Below are positions 63,214-64,000 of a DNA stretch of 64,000 nt, in pieces. Position 1 is the first letter of the stretch. Every line of letters begins with the position of its first letter. The notes beneath the pieces were generated by a model. It saw only the letters and a program-made list of their open reading frames with translations. It did no database searches and was not told the origin of the DNA. The translations under genes and the position numbers were made by a program. Source of the stretch: an uncultured Bacteroides sp. (GTDB lineage Bacteria; Bacteroidota; Bacteroidia; Bacteroidales; GCA-2748055); contig CAZNSZ010000002.1 in the NCBI GenBank assembly GCA_964575865.1, positions 390-64,389 of the forward strand. Reading direction: 5' to 3'.

Positions 63214-63275
63214 CTATATGCGCTCTACTTTAAACAAAATGTGCTCAGGAGCGTTTCAGTAACAAAATCGATCCC

Positions 63276-64000
63276 GTGAAGACCCTGACCACCCATCTGA
63301 ACACTGCCTCCGAACAGTTCAGCAGCAGGCAACTGTACCACAAGAAGCTGGCAGAGGGACTGAAAACCAAGCTCGCAAAGGTGATCCGCGGCGGTGCGCC
63401 CGGGGCCAGGGAAAAACACCTGGCCAGGGGAAAACTGCTGGCCAGGGACCGGATCAATCTCCTGGTGGATCCCAATACCCCGTTCCTTGAACTGAGCCCG
63501 CTGGCTGCCTTCGACCAGTACGACAACCAGTTTCCCTCGGCGGGGATCGTGACCGGCATCGGCCTGATTCACGGCAAGGAAGCGGTCATCATTGCCAACG
63601 ATGCCACCGTGAAGGGGGGGACCTACATCAAGGAGACCATCAAAAAACACCTCCGCGCCCAGGAGATTGCCCTGCAGAACAGGCTTCCCCTGGTCTACCT
63701 GGTCGATTCGGGCGGGGTCTTCCTTCCCAACCAGGCCGAGGTGTTCCCGGACCGGGACGATTTCGGGAGGATCTTCTATTACCAGGCGCGGCTCTCTGCA
63801 GCGGGGATCCCCCAGGTGGCAGTGGTCATGGGATCATGCACCGCCGGGGGAGCTTATGTACCGGCAATGAGCGATGAGACCATCATCGTCCGGGAACAGG
63901 GTACCATTTTCCTGGGAGGACCGCCGCTGGTGAAGGCTGCCACCGGAGAGGAGGTGACCGCCGAGGAACTGGGAGGCGGACAGGTGCATGCTTCCATTTC
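63276..64000 (+). CDS. Acyl-CoA carboxylase carboxyltransferase (beta) subunit, methylcrotonyl/propionyl-CoA carboxylase type, 3'-truncated by window edge
   Basis: This ORF is not in the ORF track because it is open-ended. My own translation from GTG 63276 is VKTLTTHLN...[27 protein letters not shown]...[12 protein letters not shown]...[10 protein letters not shown]...[19 protein letters not shown]...[16 protein letters not shown]. An in-frame TAA lies at 63231. The start codon is tentative. Confidence 0.85.
   Translation, partial: MKTLTTHLNTASEQFSSRQLYHKKLAEGLKTKLAKVIRGGAPGAREKHLARGKLLARDRINLLVDPNTPFLELSPLAAFDQYDNQFPSAGIVTGIGLIHGKEAVIIANDATVKGGTYIKETIKKHLRAQEIALQNRLPLVYLVDSGGVFLPNQAEVFPDRDDFGRIFYYQARLSAAGIPQVAVVMGSCTAGGAYVPAMSDETIIVREQGTIFLGGPPLVKAATGEEVTAEELGGGQVHASI

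Noticed and set aside
1-64000. Search by eye for tRNA/rRNA genes, CRISPR arrays, transposases, integrases, phage genes, toxin-antitoxin pairs and restriction-modification or other named defence systems.
   Set aside because: I recognised none. Intergenic regions are short (mostly under 230 nt), and none showed cloverleaf-like or long repeat structure. A tRNAscan/Infernal/PADLOC-type run would be needed to exclude them formally.

Overview
This is a GC-rich chromosomal segment that looks Bacteroidota-like. The signs are T9SS C-terminal sorting domains, several TAnnTTTG -7 promoter boxes just upstream of start codons, a propeller-type sensor kinase, and housekeeping strings such as yicC-gmk-nadD and rsfS-ftsH-DUF2007-cdsA-psd. 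I support about 50 protein genes. I recognised no rRNA, tRNA, CRISPR array, transposase or integrase by eye. Three blocks stand out from ordinary housekeeping. (1) 1012-8929 (-) is a tightly packed 7-gene operon. It encodes four multihaem c-type cytochromes (28 CXXCH plus 2 CX3CH motifs), two NHL beta-propeller proteins and one large outer-membrane beta-barrel, so it is a candidate trans-outer-membrane electron conduit of non-textbook composition. (2) 18849-33845 is a fermentative redox supercluster: aminotransferase, four-subunit 2-oxoacid:ferredoxin oxidoreductase, ADP-forming acyl-CoA synthetase and a HydABC-type [FeFe]-hydrogenase. The HydA H-domain motifs are non-canonical. The cluster also carries Rex, a TM1266-type regulator and a divergent sensor operon. 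In that operon the HydS-like PAS protein has lost all four H-cluster cysteine ligands, and it is followed by a PP2C phosphatase. (3) 50352-62276 (-) is a 5-gene operon spanning all envelope compartments: a 12-TM/HEAT/cNMP-like protein, a STAND NTPase-TM-WD40 protein, an OM barrel, a lipoprotein and a T9SS PKD surface protein. I cannot assign it a function. All calls come from reading the supplied translations and the DNA. No database search, HMM or folding was run, and start codons were chosen by eye, often internal to the ORF-track start.
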